From the IMG/VR virus record IMGVR_UViG_3300032093_014924: a stretch of DNA of 64,000 nt. One strand, given 5' to 3'. Source of the stretch: a virus. Its lineage: Duplodnaviria > Heunggongvirae > Uroviricota > Caudoviricetes. Positions 47,634 through 58,017 of the stretch are shown piece by piece (position 1 is the first letter of the stretch; each line of letters begins with the position of its first letter). The position numbers were made by a program, and so were the translations under genes. Below the pieces are notes generated by a model. The model saw nothing but the letters and a program-made list of their open reading frames with translations. It was not told where the DNA came from and made no database searches.

Positions 47634-50600
47634 TTATATTTTTATTTGTTTATCTCCAATACTTGGTAATGTTTGTGCTGGTAAAATTGCTATATCACCA
47701 ATTACTTCTGGTTTTTTTCTACCTAAAGGTAAACAAGTATCAACATTTACTACTTCACCACTAAAAAATTCAAAACCTTGTTGTTGTCCTCGTCTTATCT
47801 CAAAATGTAAATGCGCACCACTTGATTCTCCTTCCATAGGTAGTTTTAAATCACCACCTAAATATGATGGATTATTATCATCACCACCACTTTTTGCTAT
47901 TATTTGATTTTTAATAACATTTATACCTGGATTCCAATATTTACTTAAAATTTTTGTTTTTAAATCTTGTGTTAAATTATTATTTGATACATTAGCAACT
48001 ATATTTGATTCTATATCTGATAAATGACCATATAATGATTTATAATAAAAACCATCACTTAATAAACCATGGTTTATAATTAAATAAAGACCATACCCTG
48101 AACCAGACCCTTGATATGCTATTTTCTCTATTGTACCATTATAGATAGCATACAAATCGGAACCCTTTTTAGCTGGTATATCAATACCTTTATGTACATC
48201 ACCTTTTTCATGAAATAAATTAACACCTCTACCTAAGCGTATATAACTTCTTATAGGGTCATCGAACCCTAAATCTTTTTCTGGTATTGCACCAGATTCA
48301 CCTGCACTGCTATTACTTATAAACTCACTTGGTGTACTATAACCTAACGCTTTACTTATATTTACAAATAAAGATTGTCTATCAACTAGAGGTAATTGAG
48401 AATATTTAATTCTTTGACCAGTAAATGATGTTGTCATGTAATTAGGTTTTATATTATGTGATACATTTGTTATTAAATAAGCACCATGAAACATTGGTAT
48501 ATTATTTAATTGAAAATACATCATTGGTTGTATCATAGGGTTACCTAACATGCTTACTTTTGCGGAATAACTTCTAACATTATATACGTTATATAAATTT
48601 TGTCCAATAAATGTTCTATTATTTTCAGATTTATTATCGACCAAATCTGAAGTAGTTCTAAGTGATTCATCAGTTTCTTTAAATTCGCTTTGGTCTAATT
48701 CAATATCTGTAAATATACTTTGATTTTGTTGGCTATAATTAACTTTAAAAACAGCTAAACCATTTTCAGTTCCAGTGTTATCAAAATCTGATGGTATAGT
48801 ACTATTATTTGATGGACATATAAAATCAAAACCATCATTTTTTAAATTAGCCGAATCACTTAAATCTAACGCTCTAGACTTTTCTCCAGAATAAATACAA
48901 ATAAATGTTGGTCCACATGTTGGTGTTTTATCATACCAATCTGGAAACGTTTTAAAAACCGATTTTAATTCTTCTTCATCACGATAATTTATAAATGTTG
49001 GTAATGGTATAAAATCAAAATTATTATCAGTTAATAACTTAGCATAAAAATTATAAAAACTTATATTAGGGTTTGTGTTTATAGTGTTTGGTATTTCAGA
49101 AGGGTTTATATAAAAAACATCACCAATATCTCTAAAACTTCTAGAAACAAATCTAAAACTATCTAATAATGTCGCACCATTAGTTTTATTAAATGATGCA
49201 TAATCACCAGTACATTTATAAATTATTTTATTTTCATCTTCAGAACTTGTAACCCATTTATCATTTATGTTTTTACAAAATTTATATAAATTTAACTTAA
49301 TTATATTTAAATCAGCCGTACCAAAAGTTTTTTGTAGTGCTTGTTTATCTTCATTAGCTAATTCTTCTTTTTTTACATTTAATAAATCATATATTGTTTT
49401 TATATATAATTCTAAATTTTCTTTTTTAGATGTTATTTCAGAATATCTAGTATTAGCTAATTTTGGGTCTAACCATATTTTATAACTAGTGTTAGCAATA
49501 ACAACTTCTTCCTTTAACCCATCAATAATAAGAGTTACTGGTGTTGTTTCTCCATTAATAATTGTATTATATTTACCTTTTAATTCTAGTTCTATAAAAT
49601 ATTTAGTATTTTGTTCTACATTATTAATTATAATATTGTTATAATATGTTAGATTGAATGTTTTTTCTAATGTTGTTTTGCTAACATTTGTTAGTGTTGT
49701 TAACAAATCTACTTTTGATTTAAACGTTACCACATCACCATTATGTATTTCTAATTTTGTTTTAAAATCTTGCCAATCGTTATTAACAAAATCAAAAAAA
49801 ATTTTTTTAAATTCTTCTTTAACTTGAGCTGGTAATGATTCTAATATTTCATCATAATCTTTTTTAAATGTTATGTTTGAAATTAATGGAACAAATTTAT
49901 TGAGTACTATAATACTAAATAAATCGTTTCTATTAGGTGTCCAAACATCACCTTGACTAAATAACTCTGACCAATTTATTGGGTCTATACTACCAGAACC
50001 ACCACCAACTATTCTTAGATTATTGTCTAAAGTATAAAGTGATTTATCATTTCTCCAAATTAAACCACCTATAAAAGCACACCAAAGTTTTGGTACATGT
50101 ATAAAAGAAGCTTTTTTATTAAAAAGATTTAAAACTTCGGTTGTGAATATATTTATTGTGTCTTGAAAAACACCTTCTTTATAATAAGTGAAAGGTAATG
50201 TATTTAAAAATAATAATGCCTTGCTATAATTACCAACTATTTTTCTATATGGTGTTGTGTCTTCTTGTGAATAATAAAAAGAAGAACCAAATAAACTAAA
50301 ACCATAATAATTAGAAAAAGCGTTTATAAACAAACTAATAGGATTATTTACACGTACACCATCTTCACCTCTAAAAATTTGTTTTACAAAAGGATATGTT
50401 ATATCAGTTTCATTTTCAATTAAAAAGTTCCTTATTTTACCAAATGATTTATCATCTTTATACATTGGTGTGTTTTGTTTTGCAGTTACTATATCAGAAT
50501 AATCAGTTACTATTGGTATAACATTATTACTTAAATCATAAGGACTTTTATCATCATTAGTTCTAGGTTTACAAATTGAGTTAAAACTATTTGAATGATA

Positions 50601-53123
50601 AAACATATATTTTAAATCTGATTCACCCAAATTTTCATCATCAAAATTCATTTTAACAAATTCTTGAATACCATAACTACCACCAAAAGAATTAAGTCCA
50701 GCACTATTTGCACTTGAATCTTTTAACCCAGATAAAGAAATAACATTATCAGTTGGAACTTCATATTTTAATTCTTTTAAATTTGCTTGATTATAAAAAT
50801 CATCTAAATTAAATATCTTAATATAAACACCACCATTTAAACCTTTTAATAAACTATTTTCAGCACTATAATTAGTTAAAAAAACGCTAGTTTCTGATTT
50901 AACATTTAAATCTTTTATTATTTCACTGCTTTGTTTTTTTGGTGATGGCCATTTTGTAAATGAAGTTGTTTCATTAGGGTTAAAATCATTTTGTATTGGT
51001 AATACTTTATATGGTGAATCATTTGCATCACGATATTGTATAAAATCATATTTATAATTTTGACCGTCATCAACAATAATAGGTTTATTAAAACCAAATG
51101 TACCTTTTGTATTTGTTATAAATGTATTAGGGGTTGCTAAATCATTTATTAATGCTATAATCAATTGTTTATCTTGGATTTCACTTAACAAACTAGCCTC
51201 AGCTTCAGCCATTTTTGTTATTTCATCATTTGTTAAATTAGTTTCATTGTTACTATAACCTAAAAAAGTTATAGCTCGCATTAAAAGTAATGTTTTTAAT
51301 GAAGCAAAATCATTTGATTGTGTGTCCAATCTAGAATAAGGTGTTTTATCAACACCAAATAATATAGTGTCAGCTGGATTAACAGGTATCCAATTTTTTT
51401 CTAAATTAGAAGTTGCTATTTCTTCAAGCCTTTTTTGTTTCTCTCTCTCTATAAACGCTTGTAATAAATTTTCAACAAATAATAACTCATCTATTTTACT
51501 TTCATTATTACCTTTTATGTTTTGAGCTGACCCTAAATATTTTTCAACATATGAATCACCTTGGTTAGTACCTTTTTCAAAATAAGAAGGCCAAGGATAA
51601 TAATTATTATTTTTATTATCGTTGTTACTATAATCATTTTTGTAGTAATCACTAGAAAAAGTTTCTTTTAATATATTTTTTCTTTCTTGGTTTTTTTCAG
51701 CACTAACTGAAACTTTAAAAATAACTTTTAAAAAAGTTTCAATAGCTTTAGTGAAAATTGATGTAACATATTTTATAGTAGGTGTAAAATTTGAATTACT
51801 TGCTAAGTTTTCTATTTGTTGATTAAACTCTATCGTATTTTTATCTTTAGCTAAATTTATTTCTGATGTTATTTCATTTAAAGCACTTATTGCTACTCTT
51901 GTATCAATATAAAAAAATTCTTGAGTGTCTGTTAATGTTGATTTATTTTTAATTAAATCAATAAGTTCTTGTTTTTTTACTTCTATTGATGAACTAGTAA
52001 TAGGACCAAAACTTATAGCACCATTTTTAATATCGTTTATCGTTATTTTTTTACTAAATTCTAAGGATAAAAGATTTTCATTTAATTTTATTGTGTTATC
52101 GGTATTAAAAGTATTTATTAAATCTTTAATTGAGTTATTATATATATCTATTTGTGTTTTATCATCATTACCAGATAATATTATTTTATAAAAATCCAAT
52201 AAATCGTTGGTGTTATTAGGTTTTTTATCTTCAACAACAAAAGTTGTTTCTACTGTTGAACCTAAAGTAGTTATTTGGTCTTTAATTTGATTTATTATAT
52301 TTTCACAATCTTCTAATTTTTCTTTTGTTTTTGAAGCTTCAGTGTTTTGCGATAATTTAGTTAGGTCATTATTAAAATCTTGTACTTGTTTTATAAATTC
52401 ATCAATTGTTGGTATATTACTGTTTTTATATTCTTCTTTACCTAAATCAGTATAATTAATAACCGATAAATAACCTAGTAACATATCAGCTAACATTGCA
52501 TAAGTATAACCAATAAATTTAGCCGTTATTTCAAAATTACCTGTTTGTGAATTAAATTTAGAAGAAAAATTTGTCATGTGTAGACAATATTTAACAGGTT
52601 TACCAAAATAACCTTTAATAGTTAATTCATATAATGGATATGGAAAATCAAATAATACACGATATTTGTTCTTATTTAATTGATAATCATTTTGAAATAT
52701 AGCACTACCTCTAATATCAACAAAGTTAATTGTTACCATAGGATGGTAAGAAGTATCGAATTCAATATTAATATCAGTTATACCAAAATTTTCATCATTA
52801 TCTCTTTCATTATTATCAAATGATGTTGTTAATAATGTATAGTTTGTCGTTAATGATTTATTTTTACTTTCTATACTATCATCACCAATAAATGAAATAG
52901 TGACACCACCTGTCTCTTCAGTTGTTTGTTGTTGTCCTGACGCTCTGAAAATTGTTCTACCTCTTGTAGTAGTTCTTAACTGAACTGATATGTTTAATTC
53001 TTCATTTTGAATAGGAACATTATTAGTTGAATCCAAAAAATCTCTACCATCATTAGGGTCAATTATTGTTATTCCATTTACAGAACAACCAGTTTTATTT
53101 TTATTAATAGATTCAGATGCCAT
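47634..53123 (-). CDS. baseplate hub/spike-associated protein (1829 aa) with C-terminal M23 peptidase
   Basis: Hub-like MLGNPMIQPMMYFQLNNIPMFHGAYLITNVSHNI; M23 HKGIDI, YGHLS, HLHFEIR. Confidence 0.82.
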   Translation of the reverse strand: MASESINKNKTGCSVNGITIIDPNDGRDFLDSTNNVPIQNEELNISVQLRTTTRGRTIFRASGQQQTTEETGGVTISFIGDDSIESKNKSLTTNYTLLTTSFDNNERDNDENFGITDINIEFDTSYHPMVTINFVDIRGSAIFQNDYQLNKNKYRVLFDFPYPLYELTIKGYFGKPVKYCLHMTNFSSKFNSQTGNFEITAKFIGYTYAMLADMLLGYLSVINYTDLGKEEYKNSNIPTIDEFIKQVQDFNNDLTKLSQNTEASKTKEKLEDCENIINQIKDQITTLGSTVETTFVVEDKKPNNTNDLLDFYKIILSGNDDKTQIDIYNNSIKDLINTFNTDNTIKLNENLLSLEFSKKITINDIKNGAISFGPITSSSIEVKKQELIDLIKNKSTLTDTQEFFYIDTRVAISALNEITSEINLAKDKNTIEFNQQIENLASNSNFTPTIKYVTSIFTKAIETFLKVIFKVSVSAEKNQERKNILKETFSSDYYKNDYSNNDNKNNNYYPWPSYFEKGTNQGDSYVEKYLGSAQNIKGNNESKIDELLFVENLLQAFIEREKQKRLEEIATSNLEKNWIPVNPADTILFGVDKTPYSRLDTQSNDFASLKTLLLMRAITFLGYSNNETNLTNDEITKMAEAEASLLSEIQDKQLIIALINDLATPNTFITNTKGTFGFNKPIIVDDGQNYKYDFIQYRDANDSPYKVLPIQNDFNPNETTSFTKWPSPKKQSSEIIKDLNVKSETSVFLTNYSAENSLLKGLNGGVYIKIFNLDDFYNQANLKELKYEVPTDNVISLSGLKDSSANSAGLNSFGGSYGIQEFVKMNFDDENLGESDLKYMFYHSNSFNSICKPRTNDDKSPYDLSNNVIPIVTDYSDIVTAKQNTPMYKDDKSFGKIRNFLIENETDITYPFVKQIFRGEDGVRVNNPISLFINAFSNYYGFSLFGSSFYYSQEDTTPYRKIVGNYSKALLFLNTLPFTYYKEGVFQDTINIFTTEVLNLFNKKASFIHVPKLWCAFIGGLIWRNDKSLYTLDNNLRIVGGGSGSIDPINWSELFSQGDVWTPNRNDLFSIIVLNKFVPLISNITFKKDYDEILESLPAQVKEEFKKIFFDFVNNDWQDFKTKLEIHNGDVVTFKSKVDLLTTLTNVSKTTLEKTFNLTYYNNIIINNVEQNTKYFIELELKGKYNTIINGETTPVTLIIDGLKEEVVIANTSYKIWLDPKLANTRYSEITSKKENLELYIKTIYDLLNVKKEELANEDKQALQKTFGTADLNIIKLNLYKFCKNINDKWVTSSEDENKIIYKCTGDYASFNKTNGATLLDSFRFVSRSFRDIGDVFYINPSEIPNTINTNPNISFYNFYAKLLTDNNFDFIPLPTFINYRDEEELKSVFKTFPDWYDKTPTCGPTFICIYSGEKSRALDLSDSANLKNDGFDFICPSNNSTIPSDFDNTGTENGLAVFKVNYSQQNQSIFTDIELDQSEFKETDESLRTTSDLVDNKSENNRTFIGQNLYNVYNVRSYSAKVSMLGNPMIQPMMYFQLNNIPMFHGAYLITNVSHNIKPNYMTTSFTGQRIKYSQLPLVDRQSLFVNISKALGYSTPSEFISNSSAGESGAIPEKDLGFDDPIRSYIRLGRGVNLFHEKGDVHKGIDIPAKKGSDLYAIYNGTIEKIAYQGSGSGYGLYLIINHGLLSDGFYYKSLYGHLSDIESNIVANVSNNNLTQDLKTKILSKYWNPGINVIKNQIIAKSGGDDNNPSYLGGDLKLPMEGESSGAHLHFEIRRGQQQGFEFFSGEVVNVDTCLPLGRKKPEVIGDIAILPAQTLPSIGDKQIKI

Positions 53124-53436
53124 ACAATGTTTTATGGTTATTAACTTGTGTTACATACCTAGATAAACCAGAACTATATGGAAAAGGAATCCTTAATACT
53201 GTCATATCTGGTATATTAAATTCTAACCCACCAAATTGTGGATTAGCTAACAAAATTAACCAACCGCTATAAGGATTATTATAATACTCATTACTAACAT
53301 TGTCAAGTCTTGTATTGCCTTTTTTATATAAAGCATATTTATCATTAGGGTCTTCTGGGATTACAATACCAGGTACTGGTTTTATGATATTATCACCAAT
53401 CTTAAAGTCTGAATATCTATCAAAATATTGTGCCAT
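53113..53436 (-). CDS. baseplate wedge gp53/LysM-like (P2 gpX-like) protein
   Basis: RLDNVSNEYYNNPYSGWLILLANP...LRIP. Confidence 0.78.
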   Translation of the reverse strand: MAQYFDRYSDFKIGDNIIKPVPGIVIPEDPNDKYALYKKGNTRLDNVSNEYYNNPYSGWLILLANPQFGGLEFNIPDMTVLRIPFPYSSGLSRYVTQVNNHKTLYGI

Positions 53437-56400
53437 TATTTTAAGTTTAAAAATGGGTTAGTTAAATTTTTATTACCTATATTATTATTATTATATTTTA
53501 CTATAAGTTTATAATCTTTTTTATAATTATTTTCTAATGTATCCTTATTTATTATTTCTATTATATTACCATTTAACAATATTTTTTTTATATTTTCACT
53601 ATCTGTGAATACATTACTATAAATTGTTTTAATATCAGTTATATTTGTTTCTTGTTCACCAAAAATTGTTATTTGATTTGGGTCTGGATAAGTTATTTCT
53701 TCATTTATTGTTATATTAACACCTTTTTTTATTAATTTATTAAATTTATCGTCATTCATTCCAGTAACAAAATTACCATTAGCATCAAATATATTTTGAC
53801 TTTCTAATTTTATTTTAAGTAATAAATTAGTTATATTGGATTGTTCAATAAGCCAATCAGCTTCTTGTATCCTTGTTATTTTAGGTTCACTTGTTGTACC
53901 TGATTGTGATGGTACTTCTCCATTAAGTTGTTTATCAGCTTCTTGAGTTTGATTTGATGGGTTATAACTTAAAGATTTACCAATATCACTACCACTGCCA
54001 CTACCACCCTTAAATTTATCATCTGTAGTAGAAAATGGTTCAAATGAATCATTTGCATTTTTAATACCATTCTTAATCGTACCATTTCCACTAGTATCAA
54101 TTTCTATGTAATCAGCCCTTGGGTCATAAACTTCAGTATTTGCATAATAATTAAAAGATAATGCGTTTTGTAATTTATTTAAAGGACCATTTAATGATGA
54201 ACCACCAATAATCTTAAGACCTAATGTAACTTTTGCAATCATTGGTTGAACACCAATACCTTCTGGGTTTAAATCCCAAACTAATGGTTCATAATCAATA
54301 CTTAAACTATCAATAGCTATTTTTGTGTGAAAGAAATCACCAATTCTTAATATACATATAGGTGCTCTACCAAAAGCTAAGTTATCAGCTCCTTGTTCTT
54401 CTTTTGTCGCCCCTTGTCTAGTGCATTGATGTAAAAATGTTAACCTAGAATTTAAACCTTCTGGTGTTGTTGAATGGAACGCTGGATGAAAATATTTTAT
54501 CTTTTCTCTAAAACTATCAAAAATAAACGAACCACCTTCATTATTACAATCACCTTTTTCTAACTTTTCAAAGAAATTAAGTTCATTGTAAAAATTATAT
54601 CTACCATCAGTATCTTTTATAGTTTCAGTTATTGTTGTTGTTGTTGTTGTTGTGTTATCTGGTTTAACTTCTTCTGATGCCTTTTCTGGGTTTGTGTTGA
54701 AAGTAATTGTTACATATCTACCTTCTTTACAGGCTTTAGCATCTGGTCTGGTTGGGTTTAAGTTGGTTGGAGTTATTTTTGGTTTACAGCTTTCACTTTC
54801 AACTACTTGACCACTTATAATTTTAATATCGTTAGTTATACCTACAGTATTTTTTAAATAATATTCAACCGCTTGAGACCTATAATTAGTTAATTCTGTT
54901 TGGTCTCTATTGCCTTTTTCTTTATCAACACCACCTTGTATTGTTGCAAATCCTTGAATTGTTATAGTGCAAGTTTTACATTTATCATCTAAATGTTTTT
55001 TTAAATCTGTAAAAAAATTAGGGTCTTGCAACGTATATGGTTTACCATCAATAGATAATTTTTGGTTTACACCATTTAAACCAAAATTAGTTTTATCCGT
55101 AAAATCTGTGTTTGATGTATAACCACCATCAAAATTACCTATACCACCCCATTTTGAAGTCGGGTCATTAACACCTGGTGGATATCCTTCCACACCAGCT
55201 GCATTAATAGTATAATCTATTGGTGTATTTAAATTAAACCCAGATTCATATTTGTTTGTTGTACTACCAATGCCACCATTTAAAATCTTATCAACTGAAA
55301 CATTTATATCATTTTGACTAGGATAGTCATTAGGAAAATAAATTTTAAATGAATTCATTGGTACTTTTTCTTCACTAGCTGTTTTTTGTTCTTCTGATGT
55401 TGCTGAACTATTTTGAGTTTGTTCTGTTTTTTGTGTTATTTTTTCTCTTATTTTTGTTGCTATTAATTCATTAGTTAATGTTTCATCAGGTAAAATACAA
55501 CAACCAGCAAAAAATGACGCTATATAATTATCATCAGGTCTGTTATTTTTATTTTTAAACGCATTAGCATATGTAGGATGGTCAACTATAATAGAAAATG
55601 ATAATGTACCTGTTCTTTCTGTATTATTATATGTATATATTGGTTCGCCTCTCCCGATAAAATTTGTTGATTCCCATTGAACTGATACACTTTCAGAAAA
55701 ATTAATATCATATGGTGGAAACCACATTATTCTACCTTTTCTATTTGTTGTTGTGTCACCTGGTCCTCTTTCACCAGCAGGTAAATCAGGATAATTATCA
55801 TTCCAAGCTAAATTTTCAATAGAAAACATATAATTTTTAACATTAGCTTTTCTTGTTATGATAGGTCCATTTTGGTCAAAATCACTTGTATATGGTGCTA
55901 TCTTAACAAATCCAGTATCTTCTAACACAGATAAATTAGGATTGAATTTATCATTTCTATAAGGCATATTATCTTTAAGTAATGCACTTCTTCTGATTAA
56001 ATTACCTATACTATCATATCTATTAGTTGCAACCCAACTCCTACAAAATATATCATCAGCACTACCACCAACACCATTAAACGTATAATTAGTGAATTGA
56101 CCACTTTTTAGCACAGCACTACCCTTAGACGTGGCATTACCATTAGCTGTACTTATTTGAGTTGAATCTCTTAATTCTGTATCACCTTTAACAGACACTA
56201 TATTTCTATTACTAGAACTATTAAATAATTTTTGTGTCTTTTTTAATAATGTTTTCTTTAAATTCTTACCATTATACTCATCTGGGAAAACATTAGAAAC
56301 AGGTAAAAAAGGTATTGTTGTTGTGCTATCATTTACTCTATTTAATGGTCCTGTTTGTAATGGAGATGGTGTGTCTTGACTTTGGTTATCACTTACCCAA

Positions 56401-57794
56401 GTAAATGTTGTTGTTTTAGGTGTTCTACCATTATATTTCGTTATATTAGGTAAAACATCTTCAAAACCATAAAAACCATATTCATCTATTTTTCGTTTAT
56501 TATAATTTAAATCTGGTATTATTCTATCATTAATACTTAAAGGATTTATTAATGTACCATTACCATTATAATAAGCGTATATATTATAGTCATTTGATTT
56601 AATATCTCTATCATTAGTATAACCAGCAGCATAACCACTTCTAAATGTCGCTAAACTAGGGTTATCAATACCATATATACCTTGCAAACTACCGTTAACG
56701 TTTGTTATTAAGGCTTTTATCTGACCTTTACCAGTGTTATCTAACATAGCATTAGCTCTTGCTATATTTTCGCTATTACCGTTTTCATATTGAAAAATAG
56801 AGCCGCTATCTTGTAGATAACTTTTAGGTAAAGTAAATCCTAATATTCTTGATGTATAATCAGCTACTCTACCTAATGTATCACCAGGTACAGTAATCTT
56901 ATAGTTAGGTCTAAATACTGGTGATGTACCTTCTTTTATTAAATTTAATATATTTTCACCAACATTTAAACTACCTAATATCTCTTGTTGAACATTAAAC
57001 GCTGCGTTATTTCCTAATGCAACTGCAAGTTGTTGTGCACCAATAATACCTAATTCAGTATCATTTAATACACCTGTCAATCCCAATGCTCTACCAGCTA
57101 ATGTTGACCTTAAATCAAAATTTGTTACTAACCCTTCATTTGAAAAACCTAATCCTTGGCCATTCAATAAACTACCAATAACATTAGAAGCTTGAACAGC
57201 ACCTCCTTGTCCTAAATTTAAAGCACCGTATTCATTTAAATAACCATTTATTTGTTTAGTTATTTGTGACTCTGTTTGGATTTGAGCATCTGTTTGTTCA
57301 GACGCATCCAAATATTCATTCTTTGCCGTATTAAACTCTCTATAACCAGCGTTATTTGTTTTACCTATAATACCATATTGACTAACCTCATCTGTTGCTG
57401 ATTCAGGGTATTGTTGCGTACCATGTGGCCATTCAGCATCACCAAATTGTGGATTATTTATATCTTGAATATAATCTACCGTTACATAAGGATTTGTTCT
57501 TGTATCTTGGTCTGGTCTAAATGTATTTCTACCAAAACTATCTTGTGCATTATTGGCACTATATTCTTCAATAGGTGAAAAATCAGGTGTTATATTTGAA
57601 TTAGTACCAACTACAGTATCTAATACAGGTTCACCTATTCTTGGTGAACCATTAACATTTGTTGATATTTGTGGGTATCTTGGTTGTAATTTTTTATTTA
57701 ATAAAAAATCTCTAATACCAAAATTAGTAGCAATATCTGTTATGGTATTTTTATTACCTGGTGTTGGTTCAGATGTATTATAAAAAATTGGCAT
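53436..57794 (-). CDS. tail tube-initiator/baseplate protein (1452 aa) with an OmpA-like insert
   Basis: FSESVSVQWESTNFIGRGEPIYTYNNTERTGTLSF and ILRIGDFFHTKIAIDSLSIDY flank ITIQGFA..RSQAV..RYVTI. Confidence 0.7.
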   Translation of the reverse strand: MPIFYNTSEPTPGNKNTITDIATNFGIRDFLLNKKLQPRYPQISTNVNGSPRIGEPVLDTVVGTNSNITPDFSPIEEYSANNAQDSFGRNTFRPDQDTRTNPYVTVDYIQDINNPQFGDAEWPHGTQQYPESATDEVSQYGIIGKTNNAGYREFNTAKNEYLDASEQTDAQIQTESQITKQINGYLNEYGALNLGQGGAVQASNVIGSLLNGQGLGFSNEGLVTNFDLRSTLAGRALGLTGVLNDTELGIIGAQQLAVALGNNAAFNVQQEILGSLNVGENILNLIKEGTSPVFRPNYKITVPGDTLGRVADYTSRILGFTLPKSYLQDSGSIFQYENGNSENIARANAMLDNTGKGQIKALITNVNGSLQGIYGIDNPSLATFRSGYAAGYTNDRDIKSNDYNIYAYYNGNGTLINPLSINDRIIPDLNYNKRKIDEYGFYGFEDVLPNITKYNGRTPKTTTFTWVSDNQSQDTPSPLQTGPLNRVNDSTTTIPFLPVSNVFPDEYNGKNLKKTLLKKTQKLFNSSSNRNIVSVKGDTELRDSTQISTANGNATSKGSAVLKSGQFTNYTFNGVGGSADDIFCRSWVATNRYDSIGNLIRRSALLKDNMPYRNDKFNPNLSVLEDTGFVKIAPYTSDFDQNGPIITRKANVKNYMFSIENLAWNDNYPDLPAGERGPGDTTTNRKGRIMWFPPYDINFSESVSVQWESTNFIGRGEPIYTYNNTERTGTLSFSIIVDHPTYANAFKNKNNRPDDNYIASFFAGCCILPDETLTNELIATKIREKITQKTEQTQNSSATSEEQKTASEEKVPMNSFKIYFPNDYPSQNDINVSVDKILNGGIGSTTNKYESGFNLNTPIDYTINAAGVEGYPPGVNDPTSKWGGIGNFDGGYTSNTDFTDKTNFGLNGVNQKLSIDGKPYTLQDPNFFTDLKKHLDDKCKTCTITIQGFATIQGGVDKEKGNRDQTELTNYRSQAVEYYLKNTVGITNDIKIISGQVVESESCKPKITPTNLNPTRPDAKACKEGRYVTITFNTNPEKASEEVKPDNTTTTTTTITETIKDTDGRYNFYNELNFFEKLEKGDCNNEGGSFIFDSFREKIKYFHPAFHSTTPEGLNSRLTFLHQCTRQGATKEEQGADNLAFGRAPICILRIGDFFHTKIAIDSLSIDYEPLVWDLNPEGIGVQPMIAKVTLGLKIIGGSSLNGPLNKLQNALSFNYYANTEVYDPRADYIEIDTSGNGTIKNGIKNANDSFEPFSTTDDKFKGGSGSGSDIGKSLSYNPSNQTQEADKQLNGEVPSQSGTTSEPKITRIQEADWLIEQSNITNLLLKIKLESQNIFDANGNFVTGMNDDKFNKLIKKGVNITINEEITYPDPNQITIFGEQETNITDIKTIYSNVFTDSENIKKILLNGNIIEIINKDTLENNYKKDYKLIVKYNNNNIGNKNLTNPFLNLK

Positions 57795-57841
57795 TTATAT
57801 AATATTATAATATTATTATTTATTTAATAATAAATAGATTG

Positions 57842-57945
57842 TTTTTATATTTTTTATATAAATTATTTATTATTATTAATATTATATATTATATATTATT
57901 AATATTATATATTATATATTATTTATTATTATTTATATATATAAA
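57842..57945. repeat. 104-nt G/C-free tract containing a 23-bp tandem repeat (about 2.3 copies, 57871-57922)
   Basis: tattattaatattatatattata at 57871-57893 and 57894-57916. Confidence 0.9.
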
Positions 57946-57976
57946 CAAATATACTGATTTTTTCTGACAAAATCAA
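57946..57976 (-). promoter_or_regulatory. Bacteroidota-type promoter (TTG-N20-TATATTTG) pointing into the AT tract
   Basis: Exact 20-nt spacing; no ATG until 57794. Confidence 0.7.
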
Positions 57977-58017
57977 GTTTTTTTATAAAAAAATTAACTA
58001 TTTTTCAATAATTATCA

